DNA of 64,000 bases from an uncultured delta proteobacterium (lineage in GTDB: Bacteria > Desulfobacterota > Syntrophia > Syntrophales > UBA5619), in contig CAWFOM010000010.1 in NCBI GenBank assembly GCA_963817385.1, positions 128,001 through 192,000 on the forward strand. The letters are read 5' to 3'. The position numbers and the translations under genes are program-made. Within the stretch, counting starts at the first letter, position 1; each line of letters begins with the position of its first letter. Below the pieces are notes generated by a model. It had not been told where the DNA came from, made no database searches, and saw only the letters and a list, made by a program, of their open reading frames with translations. Below are positions 43,309 through 54,002 of this stretch, piece by piece.

Positions 43309-43581
43309 ATGAAGGTCATTATCAACATAATCGGGGTAGAGATCAAACTCAAGCAGCAGATCTCTCTGGAACCAGCCTCCAGGGCGTTGAAAGACGTTTT
43401 GCGGGACCTCAAGGATCGGGACAAGGGGGAGTTGGGGCGGTTTGTCGGCGATGACCTTGCACCGGTGAATGGTGCCGTTCTCCTGTTGAACGGGAGAAAC
43501 ATTCTGTCGCTCGGACAGTGGGAAACACAAATCCGTGATGGGGATGAGATCACGTTTATGGTCCCCGTCGCGGGTGGGTAA
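43309..43581 (+). CDS. MoaD/ThiS family sulfur carrier
   Basis: LLNGRNI, DGDEI, C-terminal PVAGG. Confidence 0.9.
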   Translation: MKVIINIIGVEIKLKQQISLEPASRALKDVLRDLKDRDKGELGRFVGDDLAPVNGAVLLLNGRNILSLGQWETQIRDGDEITFMVPVAGG

Positions 43582-43672
43582 CCGTTCGGGGTAATTTCTA
43601 TCTCTTCCGCCGTCTATCAACGGCACAATATCAAATCCCTTTTTTCACAACAGACATTGACAAGGAGAATTC

Positions 43673-44683
43673 ATGAAACACATTGCCATCGACGTTCACA
43701 CACATGTGGAGTTTCCCGATACCCTTTCGATTGTGAAAAAGCAATATTCCGACGAGGAGATCTTCTTCCGATTTATCGTTTCGACGATGGGACCCCGGTC
43801 TGCCGAGATCAACAAAGGGCTCATGCCCGCTCTTCGCGAACCCCTTCGAGACATTCAAAAGAAGATTCGCGATATGGAGGAGAGAAAGCTCGCCTTCTCT
43901 ATTCTCTCCTCCACCCCCTTTGCTTTTTTTTACGAGATCGAAGCGGGGCTGGCCGTCGCATTGGCCCGGTATCAAAACAATCAGCTCGCCGAGATGGTCA
44001 AGAGTTACCCGGCCTCCTTTGCCGCCATGGCGACCCTTCCCCTTCAGGTGCCCGATGCCGCCCTCAACGAGTTGGATCGGGCGATCAACAAGCTGGGCCT
44101 CAGGGGAATAGAGATCGGTTCTCATGTTGGCGGCAGAGAATTAGGGGATAAGGCCTTCTGGCCGATCTATGAGCTCCTGGAAAAGAACGGGCTCCCGCTG
44201 TTCATCCATCCCCATCACGTTGCGGGAATGGACCGCCTCCAGGAATTCTATCTGAGCAATCTCATCGGCAATCCGCTCGACACCACCATCGCCTCCGCCA
44301 ATCTGATTTTCAGCGGCGTCCTGGAGAAGTACCCGAACCTCAAGGTGATCCTGGCCCACGGGGGAGGCCAGCTTCCGTACATCTTCGGAAGACTGGAGCA
44401 TGGCTATCAGGTCCGGCCTGAATGCAGAGACTTTATCAGGAAATCGCCCCGTCAATTCCTGGGGAATTTCTATTTCGATATTCTTACCCACAGCGACGAA
44501 GCGCTCCACTATTTGGTTTCCCTCGTCGGAAGCGATCATGTCCTTCTCGGAACCGATTATCCCTACGACATGGGAGATAATGAGCCCGTGGAAACAGTTC
44601 TGCGTCTGACCCAAATAGCCGAATTCGATCGCCGAAGGATTCTCCGGGACAATGCAGTAGGCCTGTTCAAATTAAACGGGTAA
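43673..44683 (+). CDS. Amidohydrolase_2 family (ACMSD-like decarboxylase/hydratase)
   Basis: IDVHTH, FIHPH, AHGGG, GTDYPYDM. Confidence 0.9.
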   Translation: MKHIAIDVHTHVEFPDTLSIVKKQYSDEEIFFRFIVSTMGPRSAEINKGLMPALREPLRDIQKKIRDMEERKLAFSILSSTPFAFFYEIEAGLAVALARYQNNQLAEMVKSYPASFAAMATLPLQVPDAALNELDRAINKLGLRGIEIGSHVGGRELGDKAFWPIYELLEKNGLPLFIHPHHVAGMDRLQEFYLSNLIGNPLDTTIASANLIFSGVLEKYPNLKVILAHGGGQLPYIFGRLEHGYQVRPECRDFIRKSPRQFLGNFYFDILTHSDEALHYLVSLVGSDHVLLGTDYPYDMGDNEPVETVLRLTQIAEFDRRRILRDNAVGLFKLNG

Positions 44684-44732
44684 GGGTTTCGCCTTGTTAG
44701 CGAAAGCAGGCAATCAGCAGAGAGGAGTAGAT

Positions 44733-46472
44733 ATGAGCCAGAAGAGCGAACTGAGGGATGGGATGAGGATCGATTGGGATGTGCCGATCGCCATGGAAGA
44801 CGGCATCATCCTCCGCGCCGATGTTTATCGGCCCGTCGCAGAGGGTCGATACCCGGTCATCATCTCGTACGGTCCGTACGGCAAGTGGCTTACGTTTCAG
44901 GACGGCTATCCCGACCAGTGGCGGATCATGGCCGATGAGCACCCCGATGTGACGGCGGGCTCCACCAACAAGTACCAGTGCTGGGAAGTCGTCGATCCGG
45001 AGAAATGGGTGCCGGACGGGTATGTGTGCGTGCGGGTGGACTCCCGTGGATGCGGCCGGTCCGAAGGGTATCTCGACATATGGTCCGCCCGGGAGGCAAA
45101 GGATTTTTACCACTGTATTGAATGGGCCGCTCTCCAGCCGTGGAGCACCGGCAGGATCGGTCTCAACGGCATCTCCTATTACGCCATGAACCAGTGGCAG
45201 GTGGCTGCCCTGCAGCCTCCGCATCTGGCAGCTATGTGCGCCTGGGAGGGGGCCGCCGACTTCTATCGCGATCTGGCGTGGCACGGAGGCATCCTGTGCA
45301 CGTTTGCGGCGAATTGGTATGACATGCAGGTCAGGACGGTCCAGCACGGGGTGGGCAAACGGGGGCACCGCAGCCGCATGGTGGCGGATTGGGTTGCGGG
45401 GCCGGAGACGCTGACCCAGGAAGAACTCGGGGCGAACAGGTGTGACTTCGGGGAGGAGATTTTCGCCCATCCTTTCGACAATGTGGATTACTGGCAGTCG
45501 CGAATGCCGGACTGGTCGAAGGTGACCGTGCCGTTTCTCTCCGCTGCCAACTGGGGCGGCCAGGGGCTTCACCCGCGGGGGAATTTTGAGGGATTCGTGC
45601 GCGCGGCATCCAAGGATAAGTGGCTGGAGGTCCATGGCATCGAGCACTGGACGGAGTTCTATACCGATTACGGCGTCAATCTGCAGAAGCGCTTCTTCGG
45701 CCATTTTCTCAAGGGAGAAGATACGGGTTGGCATGAGCAGCCGCGTGTGCAGTTGCAGGTGCGCCACATCGACCGGTTTGTCCAGCGTCGTGAGAACGAA
45801 TGGCCGGTTGCCCGCACCGAGTGGACCAGATTTTACCTCAACCCCATAGACCACAGCCTCAGCCTGAAGCCGGTTGTCCAGGTGGGATCGGTCACCTATG
45901 ACGGTCTCGGCGACGGGACGACCTTCCTGACGCCCCCCCTCGAAAAGGATACCGAGATTACCGGCCCCACGGCGGCGAAGTTGTTCGTGTCGTCGGAGAC
46001 ACAAGACGCGGATCTGTTCCTCGTTCTGCGCGTTTTCGCCCCGGATCTGAAGGAGATCGTCTTTCCCGGGGCGCTCGACCCCCATACCCCGATCGGTCAG
46101 GGCTGGCTCAGGGCATCGCATCGCAAACTCGATCCGGGACTCACCAAGGAATACCGTCCCTATCATACCCATGACGAAAAGCAGCTCTTGACGCCCGGTG
46201 AGGTGTATGAGCTTGATGTGGAGATCTGGCCGACCTGTGTCGTTGTTCCCGCAGGTTGTCGGATTGCCCTTACCGTACGGGGGAGGGACTATGTTTACCC
46301 CGGCGGCGGCGCGAGACTTGCGAGTATGAAAAATGAATTCACGGGGGTGGGGCCGTTTCTCCATGACGATCCACGAGACCGGCCTCCGAAGATCTTTGGG
46401 GGGAATGTAACCCTCCATGCCGGCGGTGGCAAGGACGCATACATCCTGCTGCCCTTCATGCCGCAGGGATAA
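44733..46472 (+). CDS. CocE/NonD family serine hydrolase
   Basis: DGIILRADVYRP, DSRGCGRSEG, QPWSTGRIG, GISYYA nucleophile motif, GWLRASHR. Confidence 0.92.
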   Translation: MSQKSELRDGMRIDWDVPIAMEDGIILRADVYRPVAEGRYPVIISYGPYGKWLTFQDGYPDQWRIMADEHPDVTAGSTNKYQCWEVVDPEKWVPDGYVCVRVDSRGCGRSEGYLDIWSAREAKDFYHCIEWAALQPWSTGRIGLNGISYYAMNQWQVAALQPPHLAAMCAWEGAADFYRDLAWHGGILCTFAANWYDMQVRTVQHGVGKRGHRSRMVADWVAGPETLTQEELGANRCDFGEEIFAHPFDNVDYWQSRMPDWSKVTVPFLSAANWGGQGLHPRGNFEGFVRAASKDKWLEVHGIEHWTEFYTDYGVNLQKRFFGHFLKGEDTGWHEQPRVQLQVRHIDRFVQRRENEWPVARTEWTRFYLNPIDHSLSLKPVVQVGSVTYDGLGDGTTFLTPPLEKDTEITGPTAAKLFVSSETQDADLFLVLRVFAPDLKEIVFPGALDPHTPIGQGWLRASHRKLDPGLTKEYRPYHTHDEKQLLTPGEVYELDVEIWPTCVVVPAGCRIALTVRGRDYVYPGGGARLASMKNEFTGVGPFLHDDPRDRPPKIFGGNVTLHAGGGKDAYILLPFMPQG

Positions 46473-46489
46473 GCAAAAGCCGGCATTCC

Positions 46490-46885
46490 CTACGTTTGAA
46501 GCGGCCACTCTCCCCGTGCGATGAGGACGTCCCGATAAACATCCAGCGCCTCATTTACCGCCGGCATCCCGGCGTAGGTGCCGATCTGGAAGAAGAGCTC
46601 AGCGAGCTTTTTCGGATCGCAGCCCACATTGAGGGCGGCATTGACGTGAAGCTTCAGCTCGTCATGGGCGCGGATCGCCGCAAGCGCGGCGCAAGCAACC
46701 ATCTGCCGTTCCGGGAGCGACAGGACGCTGCGCGAATAGAGATTCCCCGTGATGAAACGAGAAAAATCGTTGGCCAACTCCCGGTCGAAAGCCTTCCATA
46801 AAAGGTAAGGAGGGTCCATCTTGATCCCTCCGGCAAATAACTTATTTGCCGTTTCCTTGGTCTTTTGGGTGATCTCATCTGCCAT
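46490..46885 (-). CDS. Carboxymuconolactone decarboxylase family protein
   Basis: LYSRSVLSLPERQMV, HVNAALNVG, YAGMPA. Confidence 0.88.
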   Translation of the reverse strand: MADEITQKTKETANKLFAGGIKMDPPYLLWKAFDRELANDFSRFITGNLYSRSVLSLPERQMVACAALAAIRAHDELKLHVNAALNVGCDPKKLAELFFQIGTYAGMPAVNEALDVYRDVLIARGEWPLQT

Positions 46886-46897
46886 CGATTTCTCCTC

Positions 46898-48208
46898 TCA
46901 TTTGACCAGAAAGACGCTTCGCTCCCGGTCCTGAAAATAGATATGGTTGTGTTTCCCGCGGTTGGTCCGTTCGAAGAACATCTCGCCGTTTTCCCGGCAT
47001 TCCGGACAGCATCTCCCCGGGAGGATGACGGCAAAGATCCGGTTTCCCGTGTCAGCAGCGGACTCGATCATCACGAGGCCGCCGCAGTCGCTGCAGATGC
47101 GGACCGTTTCCTCCTGCTGTTCGCTGATACCGTCCGTATCGTAATGGATGAATTTCTTCCGCTTGACATAACGGGCGCTGCCAAAGAGCTTTTCCTTCAT
47201 GGCGTCGCGGCCCTTCCAGAGTTTCAGCACGTGGTCGACCTCTTCTTCGATGGCTCGGGTGATCGAAGCGGACTGCCGGAGGGCTGCCGGATCATAATCC
47301 GGTTCCCGGACGTGGCTGTAATCCAGACCGGCCATCGCCAGGATGATCCCGACGTTCACGTAGGGAAGGGCCTTTTCGATGGAGTAGCCTCCCTCGAGTA
47401 CGGCAATATCGGGGGCGAGCCGTTCATTGAGGAGGGCATAGCCTTGTGCGGAGAAACGCATGTTCGTGATCGGATCGCTGTAATGGTTGTCCTGGCCGGC
47501 GGAGTTGATGATGAGATCGGGCTTGAATTCATCCAGAATGGGGAGGATGACCCTCTCGAGGGCCATCAGAAATCCCTCATCAGAGGTTCGGGGAGGGAGC
47601 GGGATGTTGACGGTCGCCCCGAGGGCGTTGGGACCGCCGAATTCGTCGTGGAAACCGGTTCCGGGATAGAGGGTCCGGCCGTCCTGGTGGAGGGAGATAC
47701 ACAGGGTGTCCGGATCATTCCAGTAGATGTCCTGCGTCCCGTCGCCGTGGTGACAGTCTGTGTCTACCACGGCGATCCGCTTCGGGCCGTAGAATTTTCG
47801 AATATATTCGATCATGATCGCTTCAATGTTGACGTTGCAGAAACCGCGGGCGCCGTGGACCACGAGCATCGCATGGTGGCCCGGCGGACGGACAAGGGCG
47901 AACGCATTATCCACCGCCCCGGAGAGGACCTTATCGGCGGCGGTGATTGCACCGCCCGCCGAGATGAGATGCGATTCGGTAACGACGCTGAGCGGATCAG
48001 GGACGCAGATGTGGACGCGGTTGATGTCTTCGGCGGTCGCTAACCCCGGTTTGTATTCGATGATGCCTTCAATATCGAGGAGGCCTTCCTCAAAAACTTG
48101 ATCCTGTGTATAGAGGAGCCGTTCTTCGCGTTCCGGGTGGCTTGGAGAGATAGCCCAGTCGAAGGCGGGGAAGAAGATCAGCCCCGTCCGTTTCTTCGGT
48201 TTCAGCAT
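46898..48208 (-). CDS. Histone deacetylase family protein with Cys-rich C-terminal extension
   Basis: HPE, RPPGHHA, GFC, DTDCHHGDGTQ, SLHQ, SAGQD..DP, LEGGY; tail CSDC...CCPEC. Confidence 0.92.
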   Translation of the reverse strand: MLKPKKRTGLIFFPAFDWAISPSHPEREERLLYTQDQVFEEGLLDIEGIIEYKPGLATAEDINRVHICVPDPLSVVTESHLISAGGAITAADKVLSGAVDNAFALVRPPGHHAMLVVHGARGFCNVNIEAIMIEYIRKFYGPKRIAVVDTDCHHGDGTQDIYWNDPDTLCISLHQDGRTLYPGTGFHDEFGGPNALGATVNIPLPPRTSDEGFLMALERVILPILDEFKPDLIINSAGQDNHYSDPITNMRFSAQGYALLNERLAPDIAVLEGGYSIEKALPYVNVGIILAMAGLDYSHVREPDYDPAALRQSASITRAIEEEVDHVLKLWKGRDAMKEKLFGSARYVKRKKFIHYDTDGISEQQEETVRICSDCGGLVMIESAADTGNRIFAVILPGRCCPECRENGEMFFERTNRGKHNHIYFQDRERSVFLVK

Positions 48209-49879
48209 ATGGCATTTCCCCGCTTGAAGCCAACGATGGCGCCAGGTTTGATCTGGACCTTGACGCGGATATTCTTTCCGGTCATAGAGTATTCCCGCAC
48301 CATGTTGAATTCCTGAACTTCCACGACCTCAATCTCCATATCCTCTTCACGGGCGCCCATTTTCCGGGCCTTTTCCCGGAGCTTTTCCTTGCCGATGCGG
48401 ATGGCATCCTCGCTCGTAAAACGGGGCGGTATGGCGGTCTGAACTCCCTCTTCCGCGATGGTCATGATCTTCCGCTCGGTATCGGCGAGGATGGTCATCT
48501 CCGCCGTCGTGCGGGCCAGAGCAGCCCCGATGGCGTTGGCCACCTCCGAATGCGCGGGGATGCGGGGTTCGCAGGAGAGAAGCCGGCCAAGTTCCCCTGC
48601 CATGGGTACTGCCGGGCCGCCCACAACGTAGAGGAAGCGGGGGCAGAGGTGCTTACCCTCCAGCAGTTCATGGATCGTATAGACCGGTTGGTTGTTGATC
48701 TCCTCGACGATACTCCGGACATGGGAGGCGATCTTGCCGCAGGTCTCACGGAAGATTACCCCGGCCGTTTCACCGACCGGTAGTTGCATGGCCTCGGCAA
48801 TGGGGAGTAGGGAAGCCGCCGCCCGGTCGCGATTGCCGATCGCGGTCTAACCCGAGGACGATCATGGCATCCGTCGGTGTCGGGAATGGTCCTCCGAAAG
48901 CGGCGGCAGGACCTTCCCGTTCGGGTCCGATGGTCAATTTTCCTTCCTGAAACCGCACCGTACTGTCGCCCCCGACGCCGATGGATTTGGTCCGCAGTCC
49001 CCGGATCAGTGTTTTGCGGCCTTCAATCGTGACCCCGAAAGCCTCGAGCAGCGGTACGCCGTCTGCGAAGACGGCGATATCCGTTGTTGTGCCTCCGATG
49101 TCGAGGGCGATCGCGTCTTCTCTGCAATCGGTCATGGTCAGAATTCCCATGACACTTGCCGCCGGACCGGAGAGGATCGTCTGGACGGGAAATTCGACCG
49201 ACTGCTCAATGTCGAAGGTGCCGCCGTCTGCCTTCAGGATGTAGATGGGGACGTCGATCCTCCGTTCACGGACAAAACGGAGTACCTCAGCCACGAAATG
49301 ATGGTAGCGCTCCCATACGGCTTCATTGAGATACGTTGTCGCGATGCGGCGGGGAAAGTTGAGATGTCCTGACATGCGATGGCCGAGGGAAATATGGCGG
49401 AATTGATCCGCGACGACTTCCTTAAGGGTCATTTCGGGTTGCGGATTCCGCGTCGAGAATTTTCCGATGATGCCGACATGCTCTATCCCTGCGGTTCGGA
49501 AATGAGCGCCGAGGCGGGTTGCTTCCTCAGTGTCCACACCGGTAACCTGAATCCCCCGGTGGTTCACATAACCGGAAAGAAAATGGGTATTTTCGGGGAC
49601 GCCAAGAAGAGAGGGGTGAAGTCCGGGACCGCTGACGATCATGAGCCCCACCCGGTCTACTTTATTCTGGACGATTGCGTTGGTAGAGATAGTCGTACTG
49701 AGGACAACTCGTTCAAGCTGGGCGACTGTTTCCTCGTCGACGATCTCGTTTGTAACATTGAGGAGGGACGCCAGGAGGTTCTGTTCGTTGGTGCGGACCT
49801 TGGCCTTTTTCTTGATGGTGAAGTGGTCTATGAGAACAGCATCCGTGTGAGTTCCCCCCACATCAATACCCAGGATCAT
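48202..49879 (-). CDS. Hydantoinase/oxoprolinase A family protein (apparent frameshift near 48850)
   Basis: GIDVGGTHTDAV, STTISTNA, TILSGPAAS, DIGGTTTD, PTPTDA, VANAIGAA. Confidence 0.9.
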
Positions 49880-49929
49880 GATCCCACCTCATCGGTTCAA
49901 CGTAAGTTTTATATATTGAGAAAATTGTC

Positions 49930-49957
49930 TTGACAAGGTAAAAAAAGGGCGTATGGT
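49930..49957 (+). promoter_or_regulatory. Putative sigma70 promoter for small lipoprotein
   Basis: TTGACA-16nt-TATGGT. Confidence 0.45.
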
Positions 49958-50029
49958 TCACTGCGGCGTCGGTCGCAGGGTTGTGGCTTGGCGTACAGTT
50001 AAAAAAATATTTGAAAGGAGGACATATTC

Positions 50030-50242
50030 ATGAAGAAGGTATTTGCAATCATTCTTTCGCTGCTTTTCTTTGTTACATTATCATTTGCAGTTGTCGGCTG
50101 CAAGAAGGCAGAAGAGCAAAAGCCGGCTGAGACGGCAGCCCCGGCTCCGGCCCCGGCTCCCGCACCCGCACCTGAGGCTGCGCCCGCTCCGGCGCCCGCG
50201 CCTGCGGCACCGGCTGCACCGGCAGCTCCTGCGACAAAGTAA
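50030..50242 (+). CDS. Small Ala/Pro-rich lipoprotein
   Basis: AAGGAGG SD; signal peptide with lipobox VVGC; (AP)n tail. Confidence 0.85.
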   Translation: MKKVFAIILSLLFFVTLSFAVVGCKKAEEQKPAETAAPAPAPAPAPAPEAAPAPAPAPAAPAAPAAPATK

Positions 50243-50267
50243 CTAGCAAAAGCGTGAAGAAGCAAAT

Positions 50268-50301
50268 AAAAACGGTCGGGCAGATGCCCGGCCGTTTTTT
50301 T
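50268..50301 (+). terminator. Rho-independent (bidirectional-type) terminator
   Basis: AAAAACGGTCGGGCA-GA-TGCCCGGCCGTTTTTTT. Confidence 0.88.
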
Positions 50302-50387
50302 ATCTCAAAAAGTCAGCCGTATCGAGGTGAAATTCCTTTTGACGCCGATGGGCGGTCTGATGTATCATTAAAATAAACTATTTCGCC

Positions 50388-50441
50388 TTCGCGAGCTTAG
50401 GCCGCGGCAAGCCGCAGGGAATGCGTGCTGGCGGGTTCAAT
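50388..50441. repeat. Short GC-rich palindromic dispersed repeat (REP/MITE-like), related to the IS target site at 1065-1090 + 2416-2444
   Basis: GCGGC-AA-GCCGC hairpin core, ends TTCAAT; about 38/56 identities by hand alignment to the reconstructed empty IS site. Confidence 0.5.
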
Positions 50442-50497
50442 ATTACGTTTACGTTTATTATCTCAGACAATGCAAGCGAGGAAAGGAGGACTATACG

Positions 50498-50875
50498 ATG
50501 AATAAAAATGGGGATTTTATTGCCGGACTGGTAGTCGGCGGTTTGATCGGCGCAGTGATTGGCATCCTCTATGCGCCAAAAAGCGGCAAGGAAACAAGGG
50601 AGGAGATCGGGAGAAAGGCCGATGAACTTCTGACCAAGGCAAGGGAGGAATACGAGGCTGCTGTAGAAAAGAGCCGGAAAGCCTATGAGGCGACCGTGCA
50701 GCGGCTGAAGACGCTTGAGGAGACGGCGTTGGAGAAGGCGGAAGAAGTGGAAGAAAAGGTCGAAAAGCTGACCGGACGGGGAAAGGAAACGCTGCAAGAG
50801 GGCAAGAATCGCCTGAAAAAGGCGATCGATGCGGGTGTCGAGGCGTTCAAAGAGGAGCAAGGGAAGGCTGTCTGA
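50498..50875 (+). CDS. YtxH domain protein
   Basis: GLVVGGLIGAVIGILYAPKSGKETRE. Confidence 0.9.
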   Translation: MNKNGDFIAGLVVGGLIGAVIGILYAPKSGKETREEIGRKADELLTKAREEYEAAVEKSRKAYEATVQRLKTLEETALEKAEEVEEKVEKLTGRGKETLQEGKNRLKKAIDAGVEAFKEEQGKAV

Positions 50876-50903
50876 GCGCCATCGGCACGGACGGAGGGGA
50901 GTT

Positions 50904-51316
50904 ATGGAGAAGCTGGACATCATTCTGATCATTTTGGGCGTCGCTTTTTTGCTGTTTGCTAGTCTTTCCATCCCCTTCTTCCTGCAGCTCTGGCGAACGG
51001 CAAAGAACATGGCCACGACTCTCCAGGTGCTCAATCAAAACCTGCCTGCAATCATGAAAAACCTGGAAGAGATCACGACCAATATCAACCGGACAACCAC
51101 CACGGTTCATCGGCAGGTAGAGGATCTCTCGCTGATGGTAAGCAGGATTCAGGGGATGCTCGGTCTTGTCGCCGGTGTGGAAGAGATCCTCCGAAGAAAT
51201 GTCCGTTCGACCTTTCGTCCAGAAGATGCGGACCTCTGCTGGCAGTGGTGAAGGGCATCCGTGTCTTTCTTGACCACCTTTTGAGTAAGCGTCCGGTGAA
51301 AAAGGACTGCAACTGA
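50904..51316 (+). CDS. DUF948-like protein (probable frameshift(s) near 51205-51240; track ORF ends 51251)
   Basis: N-terminal TM then coiled coil LPAIMKNLEEITTN; typical YtxH neighbour. Confidence 0.65.
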
Positions 51317-51383
51317 CAATAATCCGCATTGATTAATGATGATTTTTTCACGGGTACGGCAAAGAAGGCTGAGGTAAGGCGAG

Positions 51384-51851
51384 ATGTCCGGTGTGACCTA
51401 TGGAAACCGAGGAGGGCGGATTCGTGTCAACGCGGTACGGAGTAAGACGGCACCGACGAGACCGGTCGAGGAAATTGTCCGAGAGCTCAAAACGACGCAA
51501 CTCGCCGGAGAAGGCGATTACCGGGACCGGTCTCTTGTCCTGCACGGCTTGATCTGTGGCCGCTGCGGCCGGGAATTCGATGCAGCTCATCGACACCTCC
51601 TGACAGTGCACCACAAGGACGGCAATCACCAAAACAACCCTCCCGATGGGAGCAATTGGGAAAACCTCTGCGTATACTGTCATGAAGATGTTCACAGCCG
51701 GGGGCTGCTGGGGGATTACTTGGAGGGGACAACTGCGCCCCGGGAGGAGGCAGTTGTCTATCGGGATGAGACGGCAGATGGGCCAAAGGGGTTGGGGACT
51801 CTCGCCGATCGGCTGCAAAAAGCCCTGGAAAAGAAGAAACACCGGCAGTGA
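51384..51851 (+). CDS. YajD-like HNH endonuclease
   Basis: YRDRSL, CGRCGREF, LTVHHKDGNHQNNPPDGSNWENLCVYCHEDVHSR. Confidence 0.85.
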   Translation: MSGVTYGNRGGRIRVNAVRSKTAPTRPVEEIVRELKTTQLAGEGDYRDRSLVLHGLICGRCGREFDAAHRHLLTVHHKDGNHQNNPPDGSNWENLCVYCHEDVHSRGLLGDYLEGTTAPREEAVVYRDETADGPKGLGTLADRLQKALEKKKHRQ

Positions 51852-51890
51852 CTCAGGAATGAGTTTACTCATCAACATGGAGGGATCACG

Positions 51891-53853
51891 ATGGGAAAGC
51901 TGTTGTGGAAGCCTTCGGAGGAGCGCATCAGGAACAGCAACATGTTCCGTTTCATGACGTTCGTTAACGGAAGACACCAGCTGAATTTTACCGATTATGA
52001 TGGTCTCTATGCGTGGTCGGTGAGTAATCTCACCGAATTCTGGGCTGACGTTTGGGACTTCGTCGGGATTAAGGCCTCGCGAAGATATGACGAAGTGATC
52101 GATGACGAACGGAAAATGCCCGGGGCAAAGTGGTTTTCCGGCGCCAGGCTCAATTTTGCGGAAAATCTGCTCCGGTTTCGTGACGACTCCGTGGCGCTCA
52201 TCTTCAAGGGCGAAGATCACCCGACGGCGAACGATGACCTATGCCGAACTCTATGATGAAGTGGCGAGGATCGCCCAAGGCCTGAAGGATTGCGGGGTCG
52301 GCGTGGGCGACCGCGTCGCCGGCTTCATGCCGAACATGCCCGAAACTGTAGTCGCCATGCTTGCCGCTGCCAGTCTTGGTGCAGTGTGGTCCTCATGTTC
52401 CCCCGATTTCGGGATCAAGGGAGTACTGGACCGTTTCGGGCAGATCAAGCCGAAGGTCATTTTTGTTGCCGATGGGTATTTCTTCAAGGGAAAGAGACTC
52501 GACTCCGTCTCCCGTGTGGCGGAAATCATCAAGGATCTCCCTTCCATTGAGAAAGTCGTCGTCGTTGCCTACACCGAACGGGAGCCGGATATCGGCTCTC
52601 TTCGTGACGCCATACATTACCAAACCTTCGCTTCCAAGGCCAAGGGACGCGCACCGAAGATAGACTTCGAGCAACTCCCTTTCGAGCATCCGCTGTATAT
52701 TATGTTTACTTCGGGGACGACCGGTCTTCCCAAGTGCATGGTTCAGAGCGCCGGCGGGATTCTGATACACCACCTGAAGGAACTCATCCTCCATACGAAC
52801 CTTACGCGGGAGGACACCATTTTTTATTTTACCACCTGCGGATGGATGATGTGGAATTGGCTCGTCAGCTCGCTTGCCGTGGGGGCGAGGCTCCTCCTTT
52901 ACGACGGGAATCCATTTTATCCCGATGCGGGTGTGTTGTGGCGGACGGCCCAGGACGAGAAGATCACGGTCTTCGGGACCAGCGCCGGTTACATTGCCGC
53001 GCTGATGAACGAGGGGGTCCGGCCGAGCAAGGAATATGACCTTTCCGCTCTTAAAACCATCCTTTCGACCGGTTCGCCCCTCTCCGAAGAGGGCTTTGAG
53101 TTCATCTACCGGGAGGTAAAAACGGATCTCCAACTCTCTTCCATCTCGGGCGGTTCCGACATCAACGGCTGCTTTGCCCTGGGCAATCCCCTGGGGCCGG
53201 TCTATTCCGGAGAACTCCAGTGCCGGGGCCTTGCGATGAAGGTCGAAGCCTTCGATGAAAACGGCAAGCCGGTGATCAACCAACAAGGCGAGCTCGTCTG
53301 CACGGCGCCGTCCCCTTCGATGCCCATCTACTTCTGGGACGATCCGGGAAACAAGAAATACAAGGCCGCCTATTTCGATGTCTATCCGAATGTGTGGCGT
53401 CATGGTGATTACATCCTCATCAACGAGCGGGGCGGCGTCGTGATCTATGGCCGCTCCGACGCGACACTCAACCCCGGCGGCGTCCGGATCGGAACGGCGG
53501 AGATTTACCGCCAGGTCGAGAACATCGAAGGGATTGCCGACAGCATCGTCGTCGGGCAAAACTGGAAGAACGACGTCCGTATCATTCTCTTCGTCAAGAT
53601 GGCGCCGGGGAAGGAACTCACCGACGAGCTCCGGGACCGGATCCGAAAGTTGATCCGCGTGAACGCATCGCCACGCCACGTTCCAGCCAAGATCATCGCC
53701 GTGCCTGACATTCCGTACACGCTGAACATGAAGAAGGTCGAGCTTTCGGTAAAAAAGGTGATCGAGAGGCAGACTGTACAGAACAGAGATGCGTTGAAGA
53801 ATCCGGAAGCTCTCGATTACTACACGGAGATCAGGGAACTCCAGGAGGATTGA
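51891..53853 (+). CDS. Acetoacetate-CoA ligase (apparent frameshift near 52220)
   Basis: LWKPS, WFSGARLNFAENLL, SCSPDFG, FTSGTTGLPKC, TTCGWMMWNWL, GRSDATLNPGGVRIGT, SPRHVP. Confidence 0.92.
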
Positions 53854-54002
53854 CGATTCCGGGCATTGATAGGTCGGACGGGTCGTTTACGAGGGCGGCA
53901 GTATTGATGCTCCCGAACAAACTCGATCGTCGTTTGTGGTTCCTTATTTTACAAACAGATCAGTAGTGAGAAAATGGTGGTCGGCCGGGGGGCGGCCCCT
54001 GT

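Noticed and set aside
44697..46508. 603-aa antisense ORF (and similar ones at 1243-2382, 15159-16718, 46865-48043, 52393-53679)
   Set aside because: Shadow ORFs opposite well-supported genes, mostly in GC-rich sequence; no motifs or SD
51384..51851. HNH nuclease as a defence system
   Set aside because: Matches the widespread stand-alone YajD-like family; neighbours are metabolic or stress genes with no methylase, ATPase or array
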